DNA of 64,000 nucleotides from Bacillota bacterium (GCA_050260675.1 JBLNCN010000012.1:6104-70103); one strand, 5' to 3'; counted from the first letter of the stretch, positions 39,660 through 49,532 are shown. Notes: generated by a model from the letters alone, not told the origin. Numbers and translations: made by a program.

Positions 39660-40856
39660 ATGCTCGCGATTGTTAACGGCAAGGTATACACAGTCACCAA
39701 CGGCGTCATTGAGGAAGGCGTCGTCCTCATAGACGGCGGCAAGATCAAGGCCGTCGGAAAAGACGTCAAGGTGCCCGAGGGCGCGGAAGTCATCGATGCG
39801 AAAGGCAAAGTCGTCACCCCCGGCCTCATTGATTCCCACAGCCACCTGGCCGTGTTTGGTGAGCCATCGGTATGGGCCAACGCCGATGGCAATGAGACTT
39901 CAGATCCCATCACGTCGCATATCCGCGGCATCGATTCCCTGAATCCTCAGGACCCGGCCATACGGGATGTTGTGGGCGGCGGCGTCACCACCGTCTATAC
40001 CGGCCCCGGCAGCGCCAACATCATCGGCGGCACCGGTTTCGCGATGAAACTCCGCGGCCACACCGCCGAAGAGATGGTCATCCCCGGGACCGAGGGTATG
40101 AAGATGGCCCTCGGCGAGAACCCCAAGAGGGTCTACGGAGACATGCAGAAGCGGGCCCCCAAGACCAGAATGGGCAGCGCCGCTGTACTCCGCGACGCGC
40201 TGGTCAAGGCCACCAACTACATGAAGAAGTGGGACGCCTACGAGGAAAAGGTCGCGAAGGGTGAGAACCCGACCCCGCCCGACAGGGACCTCAAGTGGGA
40301 AGCCCTTGTTCCGCTCCTGAAGGGCAAGATGGTTGCCCGCATCCACGCTCACCGGGCCGACGATATCATGACCGCCATCAGGATCGCCGAGGAGTTCAAC
40401 TTCAAGTACACGATCGAGCACTGCACTGAAGGCTACCTGATTGCCGACGTGCTGGGAGCCAAGAAGGTCACGGTCTCCATCGGTCCGCTCCTCATGAGCC
40501 GCGGCAAGATGGAGATCATCGACACCAGGATCTCGACCCCCGGCGTTCTCGCCAGGGCCGGCTGCAAGGTGACCATCAACGTAGACACCTCGGGTAACAC
40601 CAAGTGGCTCGCTATGCACGCAGGCCTGGCAGTCCGCGAGGGCATGTGCCCGGTTGAAGCCCTTAAGGCTATCACGATCAACTCAGCCGAAATGCTGGGG
40701 ATCGCCGACAGGGTAGGCAGCCTGGAGCCCGGCAAGGATGCCGACGTGGTCATCTGGAACGGCCATCCGTTCAACACGCTGACCGTCGCCGAGAAGGTCT
40801 TCATCGACGGCAAGCTGGTTCACGAGCGGAAGCCCTGCTGCGAGAGCTCCTGCTAA
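39660..40856 (+). CDS. amidohydrolase family protein (metal-dependent hydrolase, imidazolonepropionase-like)
   Basis: 'VVTPGLIDSHSHL' HxH motif. The ORF-track start is GTG 39591; ATG 39660 follows GGAGA. Confidence 0.75.
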   Translation: MLAIVNGKVYTVTNGVIEEGVVLIDGGKIKAVGKDVKVPEGAEVIDAKGKVVTPGLIDSHSHLAVFGEPSVWANADGNETSDPITSHIRGIDSLNPQDPAIRDVVGGGVTTVYTGPGSANIIGGTGFAMKLRGHTAEEMVIPGTEGMKMALGENPKRVYGDMQKRAPKTRMGSAAVLRDALVKATNYMKKWDAYEEKVAKGENPTPPDRDLKWEALVPLLKGKMVARIHAHRADDIMTAIRIAEEFNFKYTIEHCTEGYLIADVLGAKKVTVSIGPLLMSRGKMEIIDTRISTPGVLARAGCKVTINVDTSGNTKWLAMHAGLAVREGMCPVEALKAITINSAEMLGIADRVGSLEPGKDADVVIWNGHPFNTLTVAEKVFIDGKLVHERKPCCESSC

Positions 40857-40889
40857 TAGCCGGAAGGTGTATTGAGGTGTGCTGTGGAA

Positions 40890-40918
40890 GGCCCGGGTGA
40901 CCCCCCGGGCCTTCTTTG
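40890..40918 (+). terminator. intrinsic terminator after the amidohydrolase gene
   Basis: GGCCCGGG-tgacccc-CCCGGGCC followed by TTCTTT. Confidence 0.6.
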
Positions 40919-40960
40919 TCGTAGAGACCACTGTGGGCGCGCCGTTGATTCAGGCTCGCA

Positions 40961-41143
40961 ATGGGACGCATAGAGGTCGTGGTAATGGTCGAAGAACTGG
41001 CCGATGTCCTGATATACTGCCTGTCAATGGCCAACCGGCTGGACATAGACATCTCCTCGGCCATAGAGGAGAAACTCGCGAAGAACGCCAAGAAGTACCC
41101 GCCAAAGATCGACTGCAGGGAGGACGGCGCCAATGATTCTTGA
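40961..41143 (+). pseudogene. MazG-like nucleotide pyrophosphohydrolase C-terminal fragment (N-terminal ~50 aa missing)
   Basis: 60-aa ORF 'VEELADVLIYCLSMANRLDIDISSAIEEKLAKNAKKYP' matches the second half of about 100-aa MazG-type NTP-PPases. In-frame stop at 40946 and the terminator occupy the position of the N-terminal half. Confidence 0.4.
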
Positions 41144-41810
41144 GGGCCTTCGCAAAGCTGTTCTTGAGGCCGCGCTGGAGATGGAGAGGCAGGGTCTGAC
41201 CAGGGGAACGTCGGGCAACGTATCGGCCGTGGACCCGGAGTCAGGTCTGGTGGCGATCACCCCTTCCGGGATCCCGTACTCGGTCCTCGCCCCAGAGGAT
41301 ATTACGGTCATTGACCTGGGTGGAAAGGTTATGTATGGGACAAGGAAGCCTTCATCCGAGGCGCCGATGCACTGTGCCATATATGCAGCAGCCCGAGGAG
41401 CCCCGAGCGATTCACCGGCGATTGCTGGCGGCGCTACAGCTATCGTCCATACCCATTCCGCCTTCGCGACCGCGTTCTCGGTCATGAATAGGGAGCTACC
41501 TCCCATCACTGTGCCCTTGGCGCTGCTTGGCGGAGTGCCGATCGTGTCCTTCCAGATGCCCGGCTCAGCCGAACTTGCCGGCGCCGTGGCGTCAAAGGTC
41601 GCTGAGGGCAGATTATGCTGCCTCCTTCAGAACCACGGCGTGGTCTGCGCTGGCTCAACGGTCGAGAAGGCGCTGGAATCTGCCGTTTACGTGGAAGAAG
41701 GGGCGGAGGTTGCCGTCTATGTCTTGAGCGCCGGAGGGGTGTTGTCTCCAATCCCCGAAGACATAGTGGCCAGAATGCAGGCGATTGCCCGAGGGGGACG
41801 CGCGCTTTGA
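41133..41810 (+). CDS. class II aldolase/adducin family protein (FucA/MtnB-like)
   Basis: 'GTSGNVSAV', 'ITPSG', and 'AIVHTHS' class II aldolase motifs; 225 aa. Confidence 0.75.
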   Translation: MILEGLRKAVLEAALEMERQGLTRGTSGNVSAVDPESGLVAITPSGIPYSVLAPEDITVIDLGGKVMYGTRKPSSEAPMHCAIYAAARGAPSDSPAIAGGATAIVHTHSAFATAFSVMNRELPPITVPLALLGGVPIVSFQMPGSAELAGAVASKVAEGRLCCLLQNHGVVCAGSTVEKALESAVYVEEGAEVAVYVLSAGGVLSPIPEDIVARMQAIARGGRAL

Positions 41811-42565
41811 GTACAAATGGCCGCAGGCGGACGGTTCTGTTCGACCTGGACGGGACCCTTTTGCCGGTAGAGATGGGCTTCTTCTTCAAGCATTACATGA
41901 ACGCCCTGGCGAGGGCCTTTGCGGACAAGATGACTCGGGAGGCGTTCGAAAAAGCTTTGCTGGGAGCCACGCATGAGACCATTAACAACCTGGACCCGTC
42001 CGTGGGAAATCTGAAAGCCTTTGCCGATGCTTTCACCAGGCGGTCGGGTCTCGACTGGGACGACGTGTGGCCCACCATACAGCGTTACTATATCGAGGAC
42101 TACCCCAGCCTCAGGCAGCACGTGCCCGCGGACGACGTTGCTCTATCCGTAGTCCGGCATTGCGTCGAGAGCGGGTGGGACGTGGTTCTGGCTACACAGC
42201 CGCTGTTTCCCGAGATCGCGGTCCGTGAACGCATGGGGTGGTGCGGGGTGGACTCGCTGCCCTGGCGCTTCATATCTACCATTGAGAACATGCACTTCTG
42301 CAAGCCTCATCTCGCCTACTACCGGGAAGTGCTAGAGAAGGCGGGGCTACGGCCTGACGAGTGCATCATGATCGGCAACAATATGCAGGAGGACATGGTG
42401 GCCAGGAAGCTCGGGATGAAGACCTTCCTGGTTGAGGACCACCTGATTGACAGTGGAGAGGACCTGGCGCCCGACGGACGGGGACGACTCACTGACGTCC
42501 CTGCGTTTCTAGACCGAAACCATCTCGCCGGCGACGAAGGAGTCGAGGCGGGAGCGAGGAAGTAA
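41807..42565 (+). CDS. HAD superfamily hydrolase
   Basis: Motif I 'VLFDLDGTLL'. TTG 41807 overlaps the aldolase stop (TTGA) after GAGGGGG. The long 41615 ORF would overlap the aldolase by 190 nt. Confidence 0.65.
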   Translation: MSTNGRRRTVLFDLDGTLLPVEMGFFFKHYMNALARAFADKMTREAFEKALLGATHETINNLDPSVGNLKAFADAFTRRSGLDWDDVWPTIQRYYIEDYPSLRQHVPADDVALSVVRHCVESGWDVVLATQPLFPEIAVRERMGWCGVDSLPWRFISTIENMHFCKPHLAYYREVLEKAGLRPDECIMIGNNMQEDMVARKLGMKTFLVEDHLIDSGEDLAPDGRGRLTDVPAFLDRNHLAGDEGVEAGARK

Positions 42566-42592
42566 TTACCTCTAGTTTCGCACTCAGGCGAC

Positions 42593-43525
42593 TTGGGGGT
42601 AGTTGTGGTGCACACCTTCGCCATCCTCTTCGGGTCCGTACTGGGATTGGGGAGTCTTGTCGGGTTGATCGCCAGCATAGTGGGCAGGAACATGGGAGGA
42701 CTTATCCTTTCGGTGTTCTTCGGCATCCTTGGCCTCATTCTGGTCTACGTGGGTAAGAACACGCGGCCGACGCCGGCTAGACAGGCGCAAAGCAGTGTCC
42801 GGACCGTACCGGATCAAACGAAGGCAGTTGTGGCATCGCCCACAACCCCCGCTCCCGGCACTGGGAGCAGACCCACTGTTGCTCGTGGACAACATGTTGC
42901 TCCGGAATCGGCCGGCGGCAAGGTGTACTACGAACGAGATAATATGGGCACAAGGCAGGACACCTTCGATAAGGCCGTCAGTTACTGGGCAGCCCGAAGG
43001 GGGCTTGTCGAACCGCCTCCGTTCGTCCTATACGTTTTCAGCCGCGAAGAAGATGCAAGGGATGCTCTGCTTGAACTGCCCTGTATCCATGTGGCGGCAG
43101 ACTCCAATAGGCTTATATGCACCGATGTGATGACCTTCGGGTATTACCCCATAGCCGGTTCATATGAAGCCTTTCTCGGCGACGGTGATCTGACTTACGA
43201 ACTGTGGGAAAAAGCCAGAAACAGCTTCGTTAAGCACGGCGGAACCCTAAAGAATGAACAGGCGCCCGCCAAGAAGGAGACTGCTCATAGCGGTGCTCCT
43301 GTGCAGCTGGATTCAGTCAAGTTCATAAGGGAGCAGCACGTAAACGACCAGTATGGCGACACGGTCTATAGAGTGTATCAAGCGCCTGATGCGGATACCG
43401 CGAAGGAATTCCTTTCACGCAATCCTGTCGACAAGCGCCTCTACTACATCGTTGTTGAGACCCCTGAAGGGAATTATGGTCGGGACATCGACGGCATCTA
43501 CAAAGAGGGAGAACGCCGCAGCTGA
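42593..43525 (+). CDS. hypothetical membrane-anchored protein
   Basis: 310 aa. Two N-terminal TM helices, Pro/Thr-rich linker, C-terminal domain with no recognised motif. Confidence 0.45.
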   Translation: MGVVVVHTFAILFGSVLGLGSLVGLIASIVGRNMGGLILSVFFGILGLILVYVGKNTRPTPARQAQSSVRTVPDQTKAVVASPTTPAPGTGSRPTVARGQHVAPESAGGKVYYERDNMGTRQDTFDKAVSYWAARRGLVEPPPFVLYVFSREEDARDALLELPCIHVAADSNRLICTDVMTFGYYPIAGSYEAFLGDGDLTYELWEKARNSFVKHGGTLKNEQAPAKKETAHSGAPVQLDSVKFIREQHVNDQYGDTVYRVYQAPDADTAKEFLSRNPVDKRLYYIVVETPEGNYGRDIDGIYKEGERRS

Positions 43526-43566
43526 CGGGGCCAAGCATCTGGCCCGGCCCCGTCTCGCTGTTACCC

Positions 43567-45231
43567 TTAGTCCGGAAGGATCTCCGTTGTGACAGTCCCT
43601 GCTCTCTCGGTCTCCACGGTCAGGGTTCCTAGACTCTTGCTCCTGAAGCCCTTCTCGATCTTGAGCACAAACCGGATCTTCCTCTCCAGCCCAAACGCGC
43701 CCCCGCTCCAGCCGGGAAGGTGCGGCAGCTCCTCGTACGTCTTGCCGGTCAGGAGCGACACTCCCCTCGCGAGCACGAGTCTCACTTTCAGCGGTTTCAC
43801 AGCCTTAACCGCCTGTGCCTGCTGGGATCCTGATGTGGGCAGGTATCCCATGTTCTTGACAGCGCACGTGAACTCATACTGGCCTTCAGCGATCTTGTCG
43901 CACTGCAGATTGTAGAGATGGATTTGTGGCAGGGTCTCCGCGAGCATCAATGAGAACATGCAGTTCTTGTGGCATTCTTGTTCCAGGAGCTTCGGAGGAG
44001 GATTCTGCCTCATGAACTTGGGATCGAGGCCGCCGATCTCCACCTTCCCCAGCTGGGGATGGTCGAACTCCTTCCACGGGTGAAAACCCTCGCCGGCCAG
44101 TTCCTTGTCGATGTAGGCCATGACCTTGACGTCATCCTCTTCGGCCTGATCCTCGGACAGAGTGAGCCGCTGGCGGAGATCCCGCTTGGGTACTCCGGCC
44201 CGTCCATGGAGGTCCCACAACTCAACGGCGTAGGACATGATCCCGCGCACATCGTAGGCAAAGTCGATGAAGCTGCCGGTGGACGGGCGGCGCTGGTCCA
44301 TCGTGAAGCCCTCAAAGATGGAGACGCAAGGGTATCCCGTGATCTCCTGGCCACGGCGGCCGGTTGCGAGATATGCCATGAGGTCGGGCTGGGGGATATC
44401 ACGGTCAGGACCTGCTGTCCTCGCCCGCAGGATGTACCCGCCCGACGTGTGGTACGAGAGGGTCATTGCGATGTTGGGATGGCGCAGGAAGAAGTCGCCC
44501 ACGGCTCTCGTTTCCGGCTCGGAGAACGGATAGGGTCCCGGGCCGGTCTGCTGGTTGGCGGCGTGCCAGTTGCCCGGATAGTTGCGGTTCAGATCCAATC
44601 CCCACCTTGGCCTGCCCTGCTTCAGCTCAACTCCGTCAAACTGCAGGAATATGCCCTCGCTGACCATGCGGTAGTACTTTCCGCCGGTCTCGCCCGGCTT
44701 TCGGCGGGCCATCACCCTCGGGTCCTTCTCAGAGATCTTCCACTGCCCTGCCGGGTCCTCCCACCTCATCTGCAGGATGCGGCCGTCTCTGTCCACATCG
44801 CCGGGCATCAGGCCCTCGCCGAAATCGTCATCGGGGTATGGACGCACACTGGAACGGAGGCTGAATGGGGATGTCAGGTACAACTCGGCGCCGTCGGGAC
44901 TGATCCGCGGCAATATGTAGAAAGTCTTGGTATCGAGGAGCGCTGTCACCTCGGCATTCTTCTCGTAGTTCTCCAACAGGTATTCGATGGTGTACACGCA
45001 CACTGCGGAGCCTGTGACTTCGCCGGCGTGGTGATTGCCGTCGATGTAGATGGCGGGCTTAGTGGAGTGGGCGCCGGTCTTCTTCTGGGTCAGGATGACT
45101 GCCCAGAGGTCCCTACCCTCGTAGCTCTTGCCTGCGGACTCGAGTTCGACCAAGTCCGGATACTGCTTCTCCACCTTCTCAAGGAAACCAACTAGCTCCT
45201 CGTACACAAGGTAACGCGGCGTTTCGGGCAA
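43567..45231 (-). CDS. M14 family zinc carboxypeptidase (gamma-D-Glu-DAP peptidase-like) with C-terminal extension
   Basis: 'GNHHAGEVTG' HxxE zinc motif and 'LSYHTSGG' second His; 554 aa. Confidence 0.75.
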   Translation of the reverse strand: MPETPRYLVYEELVGFLEKVEKQYPDLVELESAGKSYEGRDLWAVILTQKKTGAHSTKPAIYIDGNHHAGEVTGSAVCVYTIEYLLENYEKNAEVTALLDTKTFYILPRISPDGAELYLTSPFSLRSSVRPYPDDDFGEGLMPGDVDRDGRILQMRWEDPAGQWKISEKDPRVMARRKPGETGGKYYRMVSEGIFLQFDGVELKQGRPRWGLDLNRNYPGNWHAANQQTGPGPYPFSEPETRAVGDFFLRHPNIAMTLSYHTSGGYILRARTAGPDRDIPQPDLMAYLATGRRGQEITGYPCVSIFEGFTMDQRRPSTGSFIDFAYDVRGIMSYAVELWDLHGRAGVPKRDLRQRLTLSEDQAEEDDVKVMAYIDKELAGEGFHPWKEFDHPQLGKVEIGGLDPKFMRQNPPPKLLEQECHKNCMFSLMLAETLPQIHLYNLQCDKIAEGQYEFTCAVKNMGYLPTSGSQQAQAVKAVKPLKVRLVLARGVSLLTGKTYEELPHLPGWSGGAFGLERKIRFVLKIEKGFRSKSLGTLTVETERAGTVTTEILPD

Positions 45232-45359
45232 ATCCGTTCCCTCGCTTTCTGACTGCGCGGTCTTCGTTAGGACGTAATTCGTGGACTACAGGGTATATCC
45301 TTTGGCGCCGGTAGCACCGGCGATCATCGAACGGCCGGCACACGGGGGCGAGATGCGCA

Positions 45360-46541
45360 GTGGGGCTGCGAAGCGACAGCCGCAGAGAGGGCTGCAGAGT
45401 CGGACATCTGTGCTATCCTGATCCTATGGGACAAGCACATGCATTCAGGAAGACGACAAACCATGACCAATGGGAACCGGAATCCGGCGTCGGGAGCCTC
45501 GCTACGGTTGAAGTGGATCTGGGAGGCCCGGTGAACCTCGCTGCCACGCTGGAGTGCGGTCAAGCTTTCCGTTGGCGCAAGGCCTGTTTCCCTGGCCGGC
45601 CTGACCTCGTAGCCGCCTACACGGGCGTGATACCGGTCGGAAGAACCACCGGCACCGCGCGCCGCGAAATAGTCTCGGCTAGCGAGATAGCCCCGTGCTC
45701 CCGCATAACGCCGCGCCAGCTTGCAGTCTACGTTGGGCAGGCGGAACCCGTTACCTCCAAGATCATGGTGGCCTATGATCCTACCTACGCACAAGACGAC
45801 ACCGGCCTAGCGGAGCCACAGCCGTGTGCATGCAGTCATGGGGAACAGCCCGCAGACCCGCCGCCCGTTGGGCATATCAGTGATGCAGTCCGCCTGTACT
45901 TCGCGGCCGACGACGACGTCGCAGCCATCGAAGCCGAGGTGGCCAGGCTGGACTCTGTGATGGCCGGCGCCGTGAAGGAGGCTCACGGCCTTCGCATCCT
46001 CCGGCAAGATCATTGGGAGTGCCTGGCATCCTACGTTCTGTCCATCAACAACAACATCCCAAACATATCCCGCATCGTGGAGCACTTCTCCTTATGCCTC
46101 GGAGAACCGGTTGGACTCGGCCTCCACAGTTTTCCTCCGCCGGAGAAGATCGCGTGTCAGGACAGCGGGTTTCTGCGTCAGTCCAAGTGCGGCTTCCGCG
46201 ACAGGTACTTAAAGGATGCCGCGGAGCGAGTGGCTTCTGGCGAGGTGGATCTGACGGGCTTGGAGCGTATGCCCACGGAGCAGGCAAGGGAACGCCTTAT
46301 GCGCATCCGGGGCGTCGGCCCCAAGGTAGCCGACTGCGTGCTGCTGTTCGGGTATCACCGGCTCGACGTATTTCCATCGGATGTGTGGATTTCCAGGGCG
46401 ATGTCCCGCTACTACCTTGGCGGAGGCGCGGTAACTCCGAAAATGGCCCGCGAGGAAGGCATGCGCAGGTTCGGCCCGCTGGCCGGATATGCTCAGGAAT
46501 ACCTGTTCTGGAGGGCCCGGGGAGACGATTCCCTACGCTAA
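45360..46541 (+). CDS. 8-oxoguanine DNA glycosylase-like (OGG N-domain plus HhH-GPD) base-excision repair enzyme
   Basis: 'LECGQAFRWRK' OGG_N motif. 'LMRIRGVGPKVADCVLLFGYHRLDVFPSDVWI' HhH-GPD with catalytic Asp. Start uncertain (ATG 45426 possible). Confidence 0.65.
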   Translation: MGLRSDSRREGCRVGHLCYPDPMGQAHAFRKTTNHDQWEPESGVGSLATVEVDLGGPVNLAATLECGQAFRWRKACFPGRPDLVAAYTGVIPVGRTTGTARREIVSASEIAPCSRITPRQLAVYVGQAEPVTSKIMVAYDPTYAQDDTGLAEPQPCACSHGEQPADPPPVGHISDAVRLYFAADDDVAAIEAEVARLDSVMAGAVKEAHGLRILRQDHWECLASYVLSINNNIPNISRIVEHFSLCLGEPVGLGLHSFPPPEKIACQDSGFLRQSKCGFRDRYLKDAAERVASGEVDLTGLERMPTEQARERLMRIRGVGPKVADCVLLFGYHRLDVFPSDVWISRAMSRYYLGGGAVTPKMAREEGMRRFGPLAGYAQEYLFWRARGDDSLR

Positions 46542-47596
46542 GCCGATGGCGCGCGCCTGGAATTGAGCTCGCTTGACCGTCGCGAGGCTCCCGCGATGCT
46601 CACCGTCCATATCGACCCGAGGACGAGTAGAACCCCAATGACTTGGAGGAACGTGAGGCTTTCGTTCAAGATGAAGTAGCCGAAGAGGCAGGCTGCCACG
46701 GGCTCCGACATTGCCACGATTGATCCGCGAGTCGCCTCGACCTTGTTGATGCCGTCGGCAAAGAGGATGAACGCCGCGGTACCCGGTCCCATCCCTATTA
46801 GGAGGAGCAGCAGCCACGTGTGGGGTGTCGCGGTCGCTATCTTCGCGAACACCTCCGGGGGTCTGCGAGTGATGACTGTGAGAAGCAGGGAGAGATCAGC
46901 CGCTCCCAGCGCCATAGTCCAGAAATTCAGCGTGATCGGCCCGTACCTGGTCCCGACTCGCTTATAGATGAGGGTCTGAGAGCCGTACGCGAGCCCCGAC
47001 ATGAGGCCCGCAGCCACGCCCAGCAAGTTGACGTTGAGGCGTCCGGCACCCGGCCCGATGAATCCCGAGGTGAGCGCAACTCCGAGGACCGCTCCGCTGA
47101 GGGCCATGGACTTGGCTCTTGTCATGGGCTCTTTGTACACAAGGTAGGAGATCAGCATCACGAAGAACGGCGCCGTGTAGTTAAGTGTCACCGCCACTGC
47201 CACGCTGGTCTTGGAAAGGGCGTAGAAGTACGTCGTCTGCGAGAGTACGACCGCCAGGAAGCCAAGAGCTAGGAAAACCGGGATGTCCCCTGAGGACGGG
47301 ACGGACGGGTCCACCTGCGACTCGCCGTTGGCTGAGTTGGCGGAGGCTTCGGCCATTGTAGAGGTCGCAGCGACTGCAGAGGCCGCGGCTGTGGCAGAGG
47401 CAACCATGAGCCTGCGGTTCCGCGTCCGGCGGACAGCTCCCCTGATCAGGAGCCAACTCCCCATGAACCCGAGAGAGAAGATGGCGCGGCCAAGGACAAT
47501 ATCCCAGGACGTGAATCCCGCCTCGAGCAGTGCCCTCACAAGCGGGCCTGTTACAGCCCATATAAACCCGGCCGATGCGATCTCCAGGTAGCCCAA
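46538..47596 (-). CDS. DMT superfamily (EamA-like) transporter
   Basis: Two EamA-type 5-TM repeats separated by an Ala/Ser-rich insert. Confidence 0.7.
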   Translation of the reverse strand: MGYLEIASAGFIWAVTGPLVRALLEAGFTSWDIVLGRAIFSLGFMGSWLLIRGAVRRTRNRRLMVASATAAASAVAATSTMAEASANSANGESQVDPSVPSSGDIPVFLALGFLAVVLSQTTYFYALSKTSVAVAVTLNYTAPFFVMLISYLVYKEPMTRAKSMALSGAVLGVALTSGFIGPGAGRLNVNLLGVAAGLMSGLAYGSQTLIYKRVGTRYGPITLNFWTMALGAADLSLLLTVITRRPPEVFAKIATATPHTWLLLLLIGMGPGTAAFILFADGINKVEATRGSIVAMSEPVAACLFGYFILNESLTFLQVIGVLLVLGSIWTVSIAGASRRSSELNSRRAPSA

Positions 47597-47807
47597 GATT
47601 GCCTACGACGCCTCCGATGCAATGACGTTACCTCTCCATCATGGCACAACTGGAGCGGCTCGGCGAGGGATTCCGACGTGATGGGTCCGGCGGGGTCTAC
47701 GCCGAGCCCGCAGGTGCCCAATGATCAAGAAAACACGGATAATCGCTACCGACCATCCAGAAAACCCGGATGATCGGTTCTAACCGACCGCAAGATACGG
47801 GAATCGA

Positions 47808-48929
47808 TCAGCTAAGAGGGGTGTAGGCGCTGGCGAGACCCGGAGTGATGTATACTTGCCTATCGACCGTGACGAAGATAGCTTCCACGCCGCCGAACGG
47901 CACAGCGGAACCTGCGGAATCTGGCGCCTGTTGTTTAGGCGGCGTCTGCTGCACCTGCGGCCTCCGAAGGTTTTCGAGCATTTCCATCCCCCGCTCCAGT
48001 CCCAGGACAAACAGGGCAGTCGATAGGCCGTCGGCGATCATGGACTCGTCAGCGACTACTGTTACGCTGCGGAGGCCCGATTCGGCGGGATAGCCGGTTC
48101 GCGGATCAATGATGTGATGGTACCGCCTGCCGCCGGCCTCGAAGAACCGTTCATAGTCGCCGGAGGTGACCACCGACTTGTCGCGGAGAGATAGGAAGCC
48201 CAGGCAGTCACCCCTTGGCGCATCAGGGTCCTGGATTCCCACTCTCCATGGGGAACCGTCTTCCTTTCCGCCAAGCAGGGCGACATTGCCGCCGAGATCG
48301 ATCATGGCCGACGCAATACCCCGGCGACGGTATACGTCTACCGCCCGGTCCGCGGCGTAGCCTTTGGCGATACCCCCTAGGTCTACCATCTGGCCTTGCT
48401 TCGTGAGCCGCGCGACAAACGCCGAGCGGCGCAGCGGGAGGGGTGTGGAGCGAGCCAGTTCGAGGCACCTGAAGTCAACCAGTTCCCGCGCCTTCGCGAC
48501 GACCTCGGGAGAAGGGACCTCCGGATTGTCAGCAGTCACTCTCCAGAGGGCAATGAGCGGCGCGGCGGTTACATCGAATGCCCCGCCGGACATGCGCGAT
48601 ATCCCAAGAGCAGCCTCGAGCACGCAGGCGGTCTCGCGGTGTATTGAGACAGCCGACTTCGTGTTTGAGCCGCCTGCCTCCGTGAGGCTTAGGTCAGCCG
48701 GTAAGAGGTTATCCGATTCGGCCGCGGGACGGGTCGCGCTCCTGTTTAGCCGCCCAATATCGCTGTCAGGTCTGAACCTGCTGAGAAGCCGCTCCAGCCG
48801 CTGGATCTCGCGCGAAGCCGCGGCTGCAGCGCCGCGAGAGTCCACGCCGTATACGGTCTGGCTCACCGCAGTATTCATGCAGATATCGATCCTCGATGAG
48901 ACCTCCGGCGGCTTGCGCGCAAACAACAA
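47808..48929 (-). CDS. apbE: FAD:protein FMN transferase ApbE
   Basis: 'DLGGIAKGYAADRAV' and 'MIDLGGNVALLG' ApbE motifs. Confidence 0.8.
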   Translation of the reverse strand: MLFARKPPEVSSRIDICMNTAVSQTVYGVDSRGAAAAASREIQRLERLLSRFRPDSDIGRLNRSATRPAAESDNLLPADLSLTEAGGSNTKSAVSIHRETACVLEAALGISRMSGGAFDVTAAPLIALWRVTADNPEVPSPEVVAKARELVDFRCLELARSTPLPLRRSAFVARLTKQGQMVDLGGIAKGYAADRAVDVYRRRGIASAMIDLGGNVALLGGKEDGSPWRVGIQDPDAPRGDCLGFLSLRDKSVVTSGDYERFFEAGGRRYHHIIDPRTGYPAESGLRSVTVVADESMIADGLSTALFVLGLERGMEMLENLRRPQVQQTPPKQQAPDSAGSAVPFGGVEAIFVTVDRQVYITPGLASAYTPLS

Positions 48930-48938
48930 TGTGACCGC

Positions 48939-49313
48939 CTACTTCACTAGAGCGTTCTCGATTGCCTTGAGCAGCGCTTTGCTGGTCACAGTCGCCCCGG
49001 AAACAGTATCCACGTTGGGGGACTGGGCGGCGATGACCCTGTCCCGCTCCGTCGCAAAGATCCTCTGGGACCCCGGGTCCTTTCCCGAGATTAGTTCAAT
49101 GCCGGTTATCTTGTAATCCTTCACCGTCACGGCCACCGTGTAATTCCACCGGCCCTGTTTGAACGTCCCCTCATGGACTCCATCAGCCACTTTTCCGAGG
49201 TCGACATCTCCGATGGTCAGGCCTTTGACGGCCCCCATTCCGCTCATGAGAGCTATCAATATCACAACCACGAGCACAGCGAATCCACTCACGAAGTACC
49301 ACACTTTTCTCAT
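48939..49313 (-). CDS. membrane-anchored FMN-binding domain protein (FMN_bind, NqrC/RnfG-like) with flavinylation motif
   Basis: N-terminal TM, then an FMN_bind domain. 'DTVSGATVTS' fits the D-x-x-(S/T)-G-A-T ApbE flavinylation motif. Confidence 0.7.
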   Translation of the reverse strand: MRKVWYFVSGFAVLVVVILIALMSGMGAVKGLTIGDVDLGKVADGVHEGTFKQGRWNYTVAVTVKDYKITGIELISGKDPGSQRIFATERDRVIAAQSPNVDTVSGATVTSKALLKAIENALVK

Positions 49314-49532
49314 CCATCTCCCCGCCTATGCCTTCTAGGATCACCAATTGCCGAGCCGCGAGCGCTGAACAAGCACTTGCTGTCGGCCAGCGGGCGCTGG
49401 CCAAACACCTATTCTAGCACTTCCGAGGCCCAGGGGTTGCTCGAGATTGCAGTCTATCCATGCAAGGATATCCACCCACGACAAGAGAAGTACTAACGAC
49501 TGAAGATTACGAGTCTCTGAAAGGGTGGTAAC

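Noticed and set aside
41615-41806. 64-codon N-terminal extension of the HAD hydrolase overlapping the aldolase gene
   Set aside because: It would overlap the upstream gene by 190 nt in another frame. TTG 41807 follows an SD-like GAGGGGG and leaves the HAD motif I at the N-terminus.
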